From NCBI GenBank assembly GCA_035221665.1, contig CM069164.1, forward strand, positions 27,590,001-27,654,000: a DNA stretch of 64,000 nt, read 5' to 3'. The position numbers and the translations under genes were made by a program. Every line of letters starts with the position of its first letter. The stretch's first letter is position 1. Source of the DNA: Okamejei kenojei (lineage: Eukaryota). This document shows positions 48,820 through 60,290 of this stretch, piece after piece. The notes below the pieces were generated by a model, which saw nothing but the letters and a program-made list of their open reading frames with translations, was not told where the DNA came from and did not search any database.

Positions 48820-49187
48820 GAAGAGCTGGTCATAGACTGCCGTAAGCAGGGCTGGAAGGCAAGGTGTATGCCCATCGAGGTTGGCTGCAGAGGTTTTGCA
48901 GGGCAATCGCTCTACAAAGCCTTGAGTGCACTGGGCATCAACGGAGTGGCGAGGAGAAGAGCCACCAAGAACATCACAGAGGCAGCGGAGAAGGCCTCGA
49001 GATGGCTCTGGATCAGGAGAGAAGGTCCATGGGAGGAGCGAATGCCACCTGAACACAAGTCGTGGTCTGATCAACCACGGCTGGGTCGCCTGGGCGAGGG
49101 TGTCTGATGTTGAAAGACCCGAAACATTCAATGACCCCAGGTTACAGCACTAATGATGTGTTCAGGAGCATCAATAGATGTATTTTT
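48820..49187 (+). mobile_element. Hero retrotransposon 3' end
   Basis: EELVIDCRKQGWKARCMPIEVGCRGFAGQSLYKALSALGINGVARRRATKNITEAAEKASRWLWIRR, the RLE C-terminus typical of Hero. Confidence 0.88.
49098..49162 (+). ncRNA. Predicted permuted hammerhead in Hero 3' UTR, core-mutated copy
   Basis: GGGUGUC|UGAUGU ... GACCC-GAAA-CAUUC ... ACAGCA-CUAAUGA-U-GUGUU. Confidence 0.45.
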
Positions 49188-50154
49188 ATCAATCAGACAC
49201 AAAATGTTGGAGTAACTCCGCAGGACAGGCAGCATCTCTGGAGGGAAGGAACGGGTGATTTTTTTTTCAGGTCGAGACCTTTCTTCAGACTGAGTGTCAG
49301 CTGAGGGGGAGATACAGAGATAAGGAAATGTAAAATGTGAGAATTCCCTTCCATTTACTCCATCTACACCTCACGCCCTCTCCGCTGCTTGTGGCAGAAA
49401 CTACTAGAAAGCACATTCAACAATAAAATGGATGCACTGAGGAACGAGGGAAGAATGAAAATATCCTATGGTTAATACACATTAAGCTATTTTTGCTTTG
49501 CGATCCTGTAAAATAACTGCAGTTTGCACTACAAAGATCCCGCGAAAAATCATTCAAACAGTCGAACAGTAAAGATTCCCTATTTCTTTCCATCAAAGAT
49601 CAGATATCAGTAACGGATCCAGATACCACTTGGAATAGAGAATAAAATAATAACATTGCCAGTGAACTGAAACAGGCACCAAAAAAATTAACCAAATAAT
49701 AGAAATCTATTATTATTATTATCCAAAGCATGGATAATTAGATATATGAAATTATTATTATTATACTACAGCCATTAGTAATAGAGTTTTGGATTGAAGA
49801 ATTGAAAGATACAACATGGAAACAGGCCCTTCGGCCCTCCGAGTCCAGCCTGACCATCGATCGCCCGTTTGCGATAATTCCATGTTATTTCACTTTCACA
49901 TAATGATGTGGTGTTTGGTGAGACTAATTGTACGTAAGCGTAAGGAAGGAACAGCAGATGCTGGTTTACGCCAAAGATAGACATAAAATGCTGGAGTAAC
50001 TCAGCAGATCAGGCAGCATCTCTGGATAGAAGGAATGGGCGACGTTTCGGGTTGAGACCTTCATCAGAAGGGTCTCGACCCAAAACTAATTGTACATTAC
50101 GTGAATTCACCCTTGAAGTTTAATTTTCCTATGATGCTGGAACTGTTTGCTCAG

Positions 50155-50465
50155 GGGCTCCACAGTGGTGCAGCAGTAGAGTTGCTGCCTGTCAGCGCCG
50201 GAGACCCAGGTTCGATCCTGACTACGGGTGCTGTCTGTATGAAGCCTGTACGTTCTCCCTGTGAACTGTGTGGGTTTTCTCTGGGAGCTCCGGTTTCCTC
50301 CCACACTCCCAAGACGTACAGGTTTGTAGGCTAATTGGCTTTTTAAATAATGTAATTTGTAAATTGTCTCTCGTGTGCGTAGGATAGTGTTAGTGTGCGA
50401 GGATCATTGGCTGGCGGACTGAAGGACCTGTTTCCGCGCTGTATCTCTTAACTAAACTAAACTCA
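50155..50465 (+). mobile_element. V-SINE
   Basis: Full copy. Confidence 0.9.
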
Positions 50466-51075
50466 ATGTCAACCAATAAATTGCCCAGCTAACTGATAAG
50501 GGATGAAATTGTCTTTTGTTTTTAACACATATAATCGTGAGAATATTTGACATAACGTTCTATACTACAAGGGAAAGGGGACTTGGTAGAAAATCAAAAT
50601 TTATCAGATAAAATACATATGTTTTGATATACAGTTTGCATTAGAACACACACAGCTATTGTATTGAAGAGACTTTTGAATCGGCACATGGACATGCAGG
50701 GAATGGAGGGACATGGATAATGTGCAGGCAGGTATGAGTAGGTCTTGGCATCTGGTTCAGCACAGACTTTATGGGCTGAAGGGCCTGCTCCTGTGCTATA
50801 ATTCCTGTATATGGTTGAATGAGGCTCTCGTTCTTCTCAACACCAGGGAACAGAGGCCCAGGCTGCATCATCTCTCCGCACAAGACACTCTCATCAACCC
50901 CTATCAATCTGCTGAATGTTTACTTCACTTCCTTTCGAGTGACTGGATTGTTTTTTTAGGTGAGGAGACCAACATTTTACATGGTATTCCAGGTGTGGTC
51001 TCTACAGGGCATTGCATAGTTGCAGTAAGGCATCTTAAACTCTCGCACTGAAATTGTCTCCACAAGAAAAGCCCG

Positions 51076-51102
<27 letters not shown>
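51076..51102. repeat. (CA)n microsatellite
   Basis: Direct reading. Confidence 0.95.
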
Positions 51103-51106
<4 letters not shown>

Positions 51107-52002
51107 CGCTTTCCTAATTGCCTTCAACACCTGCATTTTATTGACCCGTCTTAGAGGACTTGCAAGCTGCATTGAACATTAACAAAGACAGAAACAAAGT
51201 GCTGGCGTCACACAGCGGGTCAGACAGCATCTCTGGAGGAAAAGAATGGGCGATGTTTCAGGATGGGACCCTTCTTCAGTCTGAAAGTAGGGGTTTTGGG
51301 GGGTTTGAAGAAATGGGGGAGAGAAAAAAAACTGAAAGCGATCAAGGCTGTCCACAAGTAACCTCAGACAGGAAATCTTTCTCAGCCTCCTATCATTTTT
51401 TTTAAACCAGAGTCTATGGTTCAGCTGTTTGTTTTACAGTGGGTGAAAATCCTTGAGAATATGATGTTTTACATCACAGAATACATGGAAAGTAAATATA
51501 ATGCTACATTTGTTTTTTATTGTGTAGGAAGGAACTGCAGATGCTGGTTTAGACTGAAGATAGACACAAAAACTCAGCAGGACAGGCATCGTCGCTGGAG
51601 AGAAGGAATGGGTGACGTCTCAGGTCGAGACCCTTCATCAGACTGAGAGTCCGAGGGGAGGGAGAATAGAGATATCGAAGGGTGCAAAGAGCATGTAAGG
51701 TGTGAAAAGGACAGATAAAAGCAGACGATGATCAAAGAAATGTAGAATGTAGAAAACCCACGCAGGTCACGGGGAGAACGTACAAACGGCGTGCAGACAA
51801 CGCCCGTAGTCAGGATCAAACCCGGGTCTCCGGTGCTGCAAGCGCTGTGAGGCAGCAACTCTGCCGTTACGCCACCATGCCGCCCAATTATTGGGCCTCT
51901 TAAATTTTCATCTGCAATACAACACACACTCAGGTTTCAATGGCAATATGATTTAAGAATTTACCAATTAATTTATTGTTTGTTTTTAATAAAGTAAAAT
52001 AA

Positions 52003-52230
52003 AGCACCGTCCCACTTTCACGACCTAATTGCCGACCTCTGCCGAGTTTGCCCTCGACTCATGCTCGCAGCATGAGGTTGCAGGAGGTCTTCATAACTCA
52101 TCCTCGTGCTCGTGAGTGGTCTCCACGTACTCGTGGCCTCAAGTAGGTCGCGGCGTTTTTTCCAACCTGATTAAAAAATGTCCACAAGTAAAAAAAGGTC
52201 GGCATAGGTCGTCCAAGTGGGACAGGGGCT
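52003..52230. mobile_element. PIF/Harbinger MITE
   Basis: agcaccgtcccactt / aagtgggacaggggct with TAA on both sides. Confidence 0.82.
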
Positions 52231-52318
52231 TAATGTAATTGTAAGTGAGTAGGAAGGAACTGCAGATGCTGGTTTACTCCGAAGATTGATGCAATTCAGC
52301 AGGACAGGCAGCATCTCT

Positions 52319-52455
52319 TCTTCTTCTGTCGTGTGGCGTGCACAGCCTAAAGTTGTTGGACAACTTGTTCTATTTGATCTTCCGTTTGTGCACGTCGAGT
52401 TGATTGCATTAGTCGAAACAGGGCGGACCACGTGAAGGTTGCAATCTCCCACCCC
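52319..52455 (-). mobile_element. Ribozyme-headed short retroelement, copy 3 (best preserved)
   Basis: Perfect 11-bp TSD gcagcatctct (52308-52318, 52456-52466) inside a PLE end; (GAA)n tail. Confidence 0.95.
52402..52455 (-). ncRNA. Minimal HDV-like (CPEB3-type) ribozyme, 54 nt
   Basis: P1 GGGGUGG/CCGCCCU, P2 GAUUGCA/UGCAAUC, P3 ACC/GGU, L3 UUCACGU, GU-UUCGA replacing P4, J4/2 CUAA with the catalytic C. Confidence 0.85.
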
Positions 52456-53267
52456 GCAGCATCTCTGGAGAGAAGGAATGGGCGATGTTTCGGCTCGAGA
52501 CTTTTCTTCAGACAGGGGAGGGGGAAACTAGAAAGATGGAAGGGTACAAAGAGCATGTAAGGTGTGAAAAGAACAGATCAAAGCAGACGATGATCAACGA
52601 TGGTTCAAAGTTGATGGACACAAAAAGCTGGAGTAATTTAGCGGGACCGGCAGCATTTCTGGAGAGAAGGAATGGGTGACATCTCGGATCGAGACCCTTC
52701 TTTAGACTGATTCGTCACCCATTCCTTCTCTCCAGAGATGCTGCCTGTCCCGCTGAGTTACTCCAGCTTTTTGTGTCTATCTTCTGTTTAAACCAGCATC
52801 TGCAGTTCCTTCCTGCACGTAGTTCATCGTTGGCTGAGGGGAAGGTGACAACAAGGCATCCAAACAGTAACATTAATCAGGAGGACGGTGAAACTAGTCG
52901 AAGAACTCGGGTGAGGAAGGGACAGAGCGACAGAGAGGGAAAGCAGGGGTTACTTGAAGTTAATTATAAGGCTGCTGTGTCCTGCATCTCACAGTTCCAG
53001 CATGTTGTTTTTTCTCTCTTCACTACCCCAAGTCATCACCCTCCATTCACACCTCCTTCAGACAGTTTGGCTGCAATTATTCAACACTCGTCATCTGCAG
53101 TCAGACGATGATGACAGCACTGGTGTCACCTCCACAGCCTTCAAATCCATCTTCTCAATCCCATCCCACTGTTCTCATCTCTCTGCCCTGAACAATGATC
53201 ACTGCCCAGCCTGTCACGTGTACTGATCTCCCCACCGTCTAAGGGATCTACAGGAGTCGCACTATTA

Positions 53268-53515
53268 TTACAGCGCCAGAGACCCGGGTTCGATCCTGAC
53301 TACGGGCGCTGTCTGTACGGAGTTTGTACATTCTCCCCGTGACCTGCGTGGGTTTTCTCCGGGTGACGTATAGGTTTGTTGATTAATTGGCTTGGTATAA
53401 TTGTAAATCGTCCCTAGTGTGCGTAGGATAGCATTAGTGTGCGGGGGTCACTGGTCAGAGAGGACCCGTTGGGCCGAAGGGCCTGTTTGCGCTGACTCTC
53501 TAAACTAAACTAAAT
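53268..53515 (+). mobile_element. V-SINE (partial head, internal deletion)
   Basis: Box B, body and tail. Confidence 0.85.
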
Positions 53516-54290
53516 CTAAGAGAGACACAAAAAGCTGGAGTAACTCCGTGGGACAGGCAGCATCCATCTCTGGGGAAAAGGAATGGGTGACATTTCGGGT
53601 CCAGAGCCTTCTTCAAACTCTAAACTAAATCTGCCCCTCTTGGTATCAATTAAGTGTTTTACCTTCCCTCTGTGGGATATTTTAGCTTTGCTTCACATTT
53701 ATTGAACTGGCTTGAAGGAAACACTCCCTAAATCAGGATTGTTCAAGCTGTCAGCCAGCTCAGTATTGTTTGAACACACTCATGGCTCATTTGCACGAGT
53801 CTCTCTCTGCTGAAATCCACCTCTAATCACTGGTACAGGAAAATACTGCTGGCAAGCTCCCTCAACACGGACATCTGTTTTTGACAGTTCTTTCTGATTT
53901 GCCTGAGCTGTGCCCTCTGCCATTGCAGGCGTACGCATTTCATATTCAGCATCTGCCGCAGACGGGACATGTAAATTTACACTTGAATCGGCTGTCAGGA
54001 GCAGAGACACTGTGCCACTGACAGCTTTGGAATGCGTAGGGAATTTTGTTGGCTTCCTTTTTCTTTCTCGGGTATCCTGAAGTAATGCACCTTTTATGCG
54101 TAGTGTACTTTCTGATTGAATCCCGACAATACCTGCCTCATTAGCAATTTGCCATCTCGTTTCCCACACAACCTGCAAAGGTTTCCGCTTGTGAAACCTC
54201 AAACTGTGCAAAATAATAATAGAAATCAGTCGCTTTGCCTCGACATGTCTTTCTAATGCTCCATAGCTTTGCTCCCTGCTCCTTTAACAT

Positions 54291-54577
54291 TGGCGGCACA
54301 GCGGTAGAGTTGCTGCCTCACAAAGGCCCAGGTTCGATCCCGACCACGGGTGCTGTCTATACGCAGTTTGCTCATTCCCCCCGTGACCTGCGTGGGTTTT
54401 CTCAAAGATCTTCGCTTTCCCCCCCACACTCGAAAGACTTACAGGTTTGTAGGTTAATTGGCTTCAATAAAAATTGTAAATGATCCCTAGTGTGTGTAGG
54501 ATAGTGTTTTGCAATGGGCTGACCGCTGATGGATGGGTCGAAGGGCCTGTTTCTCCGCTGTATCTCTAAACTAAACC
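54291..54577 (+). mobile_element. V-SINE
   Basis: Head to tail. Confidence 0.88.
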
Positions 54578-56214
54578 AGGCAGGTTAGAGAGATAGGTGT
54601 CCATTCATACTTTAGAGAGAACAAAAAGATTGGGAGAGTTCTTTACACAGAACTGCTAAAGGTTGAAATTGTAAGCAGTGAGATTCTGTGATTAGCCGGC
54701 TGTTAATGAAGAACACAGCTCTCCGTGGAGCAAACCCACACTCTACTGGATTTAACAATCTGCAGCTTAAGCAACTCCAAGAACCCATGGGCCCAAACTG
54801 TAGCCGACAATAATTAACTGATCAGTTTGGCAGATTCATCCACTGCCCCTAATTAACATTGGAGAAACGTCTTGGGCTAAGGAGCAGACATGGAAAAGCT
54901 GGAGTGACTCCACGGGACAGGCAGCATCTCTGGAGAGAATGTCCCGCTGAGTTACTCCAGCATTTTGTGTCTATCTTTAGTGAGATACTTGTGTCCATAT
55001 GAAGGCACTGCATTGGAAGAAGAGTCTTTGACAGTGTTATCCAAGGGCTCTTTAAGATATACATCTGCTTTAACAGGGCGAGGTGTAGGATTTCACTGGT
55101 GCTATTATGCGGGTGCGTTTAGGTTTGTGTGTCCATCATTGCTGCCACTGCTGTTCATGCCCTCACTCTGTGCATCTTTATAAATAGTTTGAATGAATGA
55201 CAAAACTGATTTCAGGATTCCTCGCCTCTCCTCTCCCACTGAGCATACAGAAGGGTGTCGTGCCGAGCGGTAGAACGCTGCCCTCCCAGTAGTCATGGAC
55301 TCTGGACTCTCACAGCAGCTACATTAAGGCTGTCAGACTGTCACCAGGTTATCACGGAGCCAAACCATGCAGAAAGTGAAAAGCAGGTGCTTTACTCATC
55401 ATGGAATAATACACTCACGCTTTTAGTCTAGCTTATTACGTGGCTCTCTCCGCATAAGTGAGTTTCGACGGCTCCCTCTGCAAAGAAATGTGAAGGCTAG
55501 CAGCTAAAACAATACATAATCCTTTCAAAAACTGTTTGGGAATGGTATTAGTATCAGCACCGTGATGGTCATATTATGAGTTAAGTTACACAAAGGTGCA
55601 CAAAGGATTATGAGAATTTAAGGGGGCGTTTGAAAGGTTCCTGGCGCCTTTCATTCAACAACCAGTCTCCACACCTTTTTGCTCCTTGTTTTGGCCATTT
55701 CAAGGCGGGTGGTTTCATGACCTGAACTCTGACTGACTTTGCTAAACCCTTAGTTATTAACTTGATAGTTATTTGATGCTTTGCTCCTTCTCTGCAACTC
55801 AGACTGAAGAAGGTTCTCGAAACCGAAACATCACCCATACCTTCTATCCAGAGATGCTGCCTGTCCTGCTGAGTTACTCCATCATTTTAGGTCATAAATG
55901 ATAGGAGCAGAATTAGGACATTTGGCCCATCAAGTCTACCCAACCATTCAATCATGGCTGATCTATCTCTCCCTCCTAACCCCATTCTCCAGCCTTCTCC
56001 ACATAGCCCCTGACACCCATACTAATCAAGAATCTATCTATCTCTGCCTTAAATATATCCACTGACTTTGCCTCCACAGCCTTCTGTGGCAAAGAATTCC
56101 ATAGATTCACCATCCTCTGACTAAAGAGGGTATTTTGTGTCTATCTTTGGTGTGAACCAGCCTATCTGCAGCTCCTTTCTACGCAAAGAGTTAGATGGCT
56201 TGCTCTGAGGACTA

Positions 56215-56885
56215 AAGGGCCTGTCCCACTTGGGCCTCATTTGCACGTCATTTACGCGACAGGCCGCTAGTGACTGGCGCGCGACTGTCGCTCGCAAATC
56301 ACGCGTCATCGTGCGTCAGCACAGGCGTCGGGTGCGCGTGACGTCATTAGAATCCCCTGCTTCCCTGTTCTGCATCATGACCATCATGGAAGAACTACAG
56401 CAACAACAGAGACTCGTGTTAGCAGCAGCCCTGATACTTACAGATCAGCCAGGCAGGAGTACAACAAGAAAGGCTTGCAAGAAACCCAGGAAGAGGTCCG
56501 TGTGGACGAGGTTAGAGGTTCCATGACGCGTAAAAGGCGGGTCGACTGCGTATGGGCGGAGCGCGGCGTCGCATGTTTACGGACGTTGACGCACGGTGAC
56601 GTAACCAGGCATCACCACGCGATACAGCGTGCGACGCCAATGCATGCGTAGCCAATGCGTCAGCGTGCGGACGCCATATGTCACGCAGGTGACGCGCCTG
56701 GATTTCGACACACTACGAAATCATGGAGCGCCGTGCGATCCCGCGTGCCACTACATGCAATTCCACGACTCACCATGCACTATGCGCGCGTCACCCACGC
56801 GCCTCCCACGCATCATGTCATGTCGACCAATTTTCGACATGACCCATAAATAAGGCGCAAATGACGCCAAGTGGGACAGGCCCTT
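56215..56885 (+). mobile_element. PIF/Harbinger-like internal-deletion derivative
   Basis: 19-bp perfect TIR aagggcctgtcccacttgg (imperfect to about 40 bp), flanked by TA; very CpG-rich subterminal regions. Confidence 0.88.
56377..56526 (+). pseudogene. N-terminal remnant of a Harbinger-type transposase
   Basis: MEELQQQQRLVLAAALIL..KKPRKRSVWTR: hydrophobic helix, basic patch and VW motif typical of animal Harbinger transposase N-termini. Confidence 0.55.
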
Positions 56886-57777
56886 TAACCATCAGGATTG
56901 GTGTGACAACATCTGGTTTGTGTGTTAATCTGCCTCGATCGCTAAAATGACGTCACAGTTAAGAGTTCACCTGATAGAACACATGGCTGACTGTCAGCAG
57001 CCCTTCAGGAGAGAACGCCTAATCAATCAGAAATCATTACTAATGGCCAATCCATTTGCACGTCATCAATAAATGCTTCACATTGGTTTAACAGAGTGAC
57101 TGTCTTGTTCTACCGCACTGCAGAGGAATATGTGGGTCAGTAATTTTTCAATCAATTTGTTTCAATCTTATCAAACTTGCGACAAAGGCCAAACGTACAA
57201 ATTTGGAGGTTTTAACACTTCGGTTATATATATCTTGCACAAAGATGTACCAAAGCAATATTCTATTTTGGGAGCACACAAGTCCAAACTGTTTTTGAAA
57301 CTAATTTCCAAACGTATCCACAAAATGTGCCTAGTACCACATTTCAGATGTGATTAAAGGGAGGAAAGACCGAGAAGAGAGATGTGTGGGAGATTGTTCT
57401 TATATTCAAAGGTCAAGGAGAGAATTGGTGAGCAGGTATTTTGGAGGAGAGAGGCATTTTTTGAAAATTCGACGGGAGAAGAGAGCAAGTTTTGATTGTT
57501 TCAAGTGAAGGCGGGAGAAATTTGAGAGGGCCTGTTTCCGCGCTGTATCTCTAAAACTAAACACTAAAGTGAGACAATTTAAATCATTGGCAAAATGCAC
57601 TTGGAGAATTATAGCTTTCAGGATTTTGCTATGGGTTCCAGTAAGCTATCCTTAAATAAGATAGCAATTGTATATTAAATGTAATGCTCACAGCTTCTAC
57701 TTTTCAATATCATCTGCATACTTAATAATGACTACAGACCACTCTATTCAACTTAGCCAGTCAGTTTAACCTGAATG

Positions 57778-58141
57778 TGTTGGAAAGAACTACAGATGCT
57801 GGTTTAAATCGAAGATAGACACAAAATGCTGGAGTAACTCAGCGGGACAGGCAGCATCTCTGGAGAGAAAAAATGGCTGACGTTTCGGGTCTAGACCCTT
57901 TTTCAGACTGATGTCAGGGGAGAGGGTTGTACATAGATAAGGAAGTGCAAGGCGTGAAAACAGAACAAAGGGAATGGAGATCAAGGAAAATGTAGAATAG
58001 ATCACAGTTAGTTGGGAGAAGGTAGCAACAAAACAGAGACAGTAGCACTGGTCAGAGACTGGGAAGGGGGAGGAGGGAGAGGGGGAGGGGGAGGGGGAGG
58101 GGAGGGGGGGGGGGAGAGGGAGAAAGCAAGGGTTACTTGAA
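57778..58141 (-). mobile_element. PLE 3' UTR with 14-bp TSD
   Basis: gtttaacctgaatg duplicated; starts at the ORF stop (ttcaagtaa) and includes a (ccccct)n tract and the hammerhead region. Confidence 0.88.
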
Positions 58142-58219
58142 GGTTTAACCTGAATGGTGGAGTAACTTTCAGAAGCAATAATTAAGGACACAACCAGCAG
58201 TTGCTTTGACAAGTGTCTA

Positions 58220-58370
58220 TTAATTAGTGAATGCCAGCATGCATTTGTTGTAGGTCCACCATGTTTAACAAACTTGGTAGATGTTTTAGACAAAGTAACA
58301 GAGAGGGTAAATGAGTGAAATGTAGTTTGTATGGATTTTCAAAAGGCATTTGACAAAGTGATGCATAATA
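58220..58370 (+). mobile_element. Ancient CR1 RT remnant
   Basis: QHAFV..PCLTNL and MDFQKAFDKV motifs. Confidence 0.7.
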
Positions 58371-58579
58371 AATGATAGCAGTAGAATGATGCCATTCGGC
58401 CCATCAAGTCTACTCCACCATTTCATCATAGTTGATCTATCTTTCCTTCCTAACCCCATTCTCCTGGCTTCTCCCCATGACCCCTGACACCTGTACTGAT
58501 CAAGAATAATAATAGGCTTGTCATCAAGGTAGAAGATCCTGGATTTAATGGGCAGAAAACTGGTTGTGTGTCAGGAGAA

Positions 58580-58945
58580 AGTTTAGTTTAGTTTATTGTC
58601 ACATGTACCGAGGTACAGTGAAAAGCTTTTGGTGCGTGCTAGCCAGTCAGCGGAAAGACAATACATGATTACAATCGAGCCATTTACAGTGTACAGATAC
58701 ATGATAAGGGAATAACCTTTAGTGCAAGGGAAAGCCAGTAAAGTCCGATCAAGGATAGTCCGAGGGTCACCATTGAGGTAGATTGTAGTTCAGCACTGCT
58801 CTCTGCTTGTGGTAGGATGACTAGGTTACCTGATAACAACTTGGATGCAACTGTCTCTGAATCTGGAGGTGTGCCAGCTTTTGCCTGACGGGAGAGGGGA
58901 GAAGAGGGAGTGGCCAGGGTGCGACGTCCTTGATTATGCTGCAGG
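58580..58945 (-). mobile_element. Rex1/Babar 3' end
   Basis: HPGHSLFSPLPSGK motif and UTR. Confidence 0.88.
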
Positions 58946-59014
58946 GAGCAGAATTGAAAAGTGTAGCAGTATTTCCCAGAGGCTGAAAAAGGAACATTGC
59001 TTTTCGTCAGGGTG

Positions 59015-59305
59015 TAGTTTAACGATACAGCATGGAAACAGGCCCTTCGGCCCACTGAGCCCACACTGACCTGCAATCCCCGCACATTAACACTAGCCTA
59101 CACACACTGGGGACAATTATACCAAACCAATTAACCTACAAACCTACACATCTTTGGAGTGTGGGAGTAAACCAGAGCACCAGGAGGAAACCCTCGAGGT
59201 CAAAGGGGAGAAAGTACAAACTCCGTAAAGGCAGCAACCGTAGTCAGGATCAAACCCGTGTCTCTGGCGCCATAAGGCAGCAACTCTACTGCTGCACCAC
59301 CGAGA
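59015..59305 (-). mobile_element. V-SINE
   Basis: Tail to head. Confidence 0.88.
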
Positions 59306-59616
59306 TGGCCTGTTATTAAAAACTTGGTCAAGGGTGAGTTTTGATGAATGTCTTAAAGGAGGAGGAGGAGTATAGAGGCAGAGAGCTTGACTGAGGGACT
59401 TTCTGGTGTTGTGGAAGGCCGGATATATAATATCTACTTCAAAGACTGATGAAAAACAGGCACAGGCACAAAGCCAAAATGGGAATTATGGATCTCAGTG
59501 GACTAAATCTGGAGGAGGCCACTGGGACACAGAAGGCAGAAGCCTGAGAGAATTTGGAAGGAGACACAATCATACCAAACTTGGGGAATTGTCAGTCAGG
59601 GAGCCAGATACATGAG

Positions 59617-59838
59617 TAGGAAGGAACTGCAGATGCTGGTTTACACTGAAGATAGACACAAAATGCTGGAGTAGCTCAGCGGGACAGGCAGCATCTCTGG
59701 AGAGAAGGAATGGGTGGCGCTTCGGGTCGAGACCCTTCTTCAGACTGCTGAAGAAGGATCTCGACCGGAAACATCACCTGTTCCTTCTCTCTAGAGATGC
59801 TGCCTGTCCCGCTGAGTTACTCCAGCTACTTGCGTCTA
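59617..59838. mobile_element. PLE 3'-end foldback
   Basis: Long inverted arm, short sense arm; cagatac(a/t)tga duplicated in the flanks. Confidence 0.88.
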
Positions 59839-59994
59839 TGGGCAGATACTTGACCAGGGTGGGGATGGGTGAACAGGACCTCAAACAGTTTGTGTTACTG
59901 GAAGAAGATTTGTGGATGAACTCTGGGGTACGGAGGATGCAGGTCGGAGATCGACCAGAGGGGTACTGAAGGAATTGATTCTGGAAGGATATTA

Positions 59995-60290
59995 CAGTGT
60001 CTCAGTGTTCGAGCTGCTGCCTTACAGCGCCAGAGTCCCGGGTTCGATCCTGACCTCAGGTGCTGTCCGTGGGGATTTGCACGTTCTCCCAGTGACCACA
60101 TGGGCTATCCACGGGTTCTTCCCACATCCCGAAGATGTGCAGATCAATAGGTTAATTGACCCTCTGTTAATCGTTCCTTGTGTACAGGATGCGGGAGTGG
60201 GATGACATATAACTCGTGTGAACGGGTGATTTGATCGATGGTCAGCGTAGACCGAGGGCCTGTTTCCACGCTGCAAGGCTAAACTAAAAA
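59995..60290 (+). mobile_element. Older V-SINE
   Basis: cgggttcgatcctgacc box B and diverged V-domain. Confidence 0.8.

Noticed and set aside
52960-53230. Old Penelope ORF remnant (RHLQSD..IFSIP..LSAL)
   Set aside because: Resemblance is too weak to call without an alignment.
53780-54211. 143-aa minus-strand ORF in non-repeat DNA as a host exon
   Set aside because: No recognisable domain, weak splice context and no partner exons; ORFs of this length occur by chance in 64 kb.
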